From Lingula anatina (Eukaryota; Animalia; Brachiopoda): 64,000 bases of DNA. Below the pieces are notes generated by a model, which worked only from the letters and a program-made list of their open reading frames with translations, ran no database searches and was not told where the DNA came from. Location: NCBI GenBank assembly GCA_051362555.1, contig CM120640.1, positions 1-64,000 on the forward strand. The letters run 5' to 3'. Positions 63,019-64,000 of the stretch are shown in pieces (the first letter of the stretch is position 1; the number at the start of each line of letters is the position of its first letter). A program made the position numbers and the translations under genes.

Positions 63019-63904
63019 GCACACATACACAGACAGAATGCTATGTTTGGCTTATAATTACCTGTAGCCTGAAGAAAGTCGTCATACAGCTCAAACGTTA
63101 GTAATGGCTCCGGTAATTCTCTTAAGAACTGCTTCAGACCATATGTTAGCACGTGGATTTGGTAGTTATCAAAGTCTATACCATCTGGATCTGAAGATTG
63201 GAAACAAAAACACTGTCTTCACTATTCACTAAATAAAACATTCTATAGTTAAACTGACAATAACTTCAAAATTAAATAAATTCCAATGTATCTTGGAATC
63301 ATTTTTTTTTTCTAAGCTGAAAACAGAATGAAAAACAATCAACAAACTCTAACCAATGATGTTAATTTAAAATTTTAAATACTAAGTGTGATCTTTACCA
63401 GCATTAATTGCCTTGACCAGTTGTTTTGTTTTCACAGCAGCTCCACTCTTCCTGTACACCCCCTCTGTGTATAATATTAAATTTTAAATACTAAGTGTGA
63501 TCTTTACCAGCATTAATTGCCTTGACCAGTTGTTTTGTTTTCACAGCAGCTCCACTCTTCCTGTACACCCCCTCTGTGTATAACCCCTTCATTTCTATGG
63601 CTGTAATCAGGCGCTCTATTACTGGGGGCACCTTTACTCCTCGCTGTAGTAAATGACACAGCTGGACTCCAAATATACCAGATACCTCCTCCTGAAATAC
63701 ATTGAAAAATATATCTCATCATTATACCAGAAACTAGTTCCTTAAATATATATTCAGTAATCTATTACTGCACCCCCCTCATCCCCCCCCCCCCCTGACC
63801 CTGTATGAGAGCTATACTCACCTCAATAGACCTGTCTCCATGTTGACCTTTACAGGGGGTCCTGTATTTGACACCACACTTCTTGTGACAGGTAAACTTA
63901 CAAA
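59568..63904 (-). CDS. MYO9: Unconventional myosin-IX-like gene, 3' exons (end of C1 domain, RhoGAP, coiled coil, tail); continues beyond the window
   Basis: Minus-strand exons: 63822-63904 (CKFTCHKKC..PC), 63508-63691 (FGVQL..VPPVIERLITAIEMKGLYTEGVYRKSG), 63062-63190 (LKQFLRELPEPLLTFELY), 62696-62801 (FERLIFHLAR), 62148-62279 (NKMSVNSLAIIFAPCVL), 61692-61830, 61310-61413 (EEKSLSEQIWSLEKEK), 60569-60729 (LEPRLSSDDE) and 59568-59788 (ends EIMV). Phases are consistent. The C1-RhoGAP-coiled coil order matches class IX myosins, but the motor domain is not in the window. Confidence 0.85.
60697..61237 (-). repeat. 55-59 bp minisatellite (~9.5 units) spanning a splice acceptor of the myosin IX gene
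   Basis: Minus-strand unit tgtgtttcag|a(c/t)aagtgttgacctccagccttccatatctagacatatgatatttg. There are nine TTTCAG acceptors; the last (60730) opens the real exon. Confidence 0.93.
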
Positions 63905-64000
63905 CTGAAAATAATAAAGAAATAAAATTATCATTATATCTTTATTTCACAGTGTTGTACTGTACTAGGTAATGAAATCTAAAGATAATGATCTTACTTT

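Overview
This window is a eukaryotic chromosome end from an AT-rich invertebrate, probably lophotrochozoan or mollusc-like (inference). About 8.27 kb of (CCCTAA)n telomere is followed by almost no subtelomeric buffer. Next comes a cluster of three spliced genes for secreted atypical Kazal-type cysteine-rich proteins. Gene 1 (6 domains) has the layout A+B+B, while genes 2 (module A) and 3 (module B) lie in tandem further in. Between them are a defective tyrosine-recombinase retrotransposon with split direct repeats and a nested LINE, other LINE fragments, MITEs, a Tc1 relic and many minisatellites. The window ends with the 3' exons of a myosin-IX-like RhoGAP gene on the minus strand. Two observations stand out. 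First, tandem duplications are repeatedly anchored on splice donors, splice acceptors and the stop codon, at seven boundaries of the myosin IX gene and two of Kazal gene 1. Second, the Kazal family shows a fusion/fission relationship, expanded reactive-site loops, dibasic linkers and Ser-Gly tails. All gene models were built by hand from the sequence, and no database searches were run.
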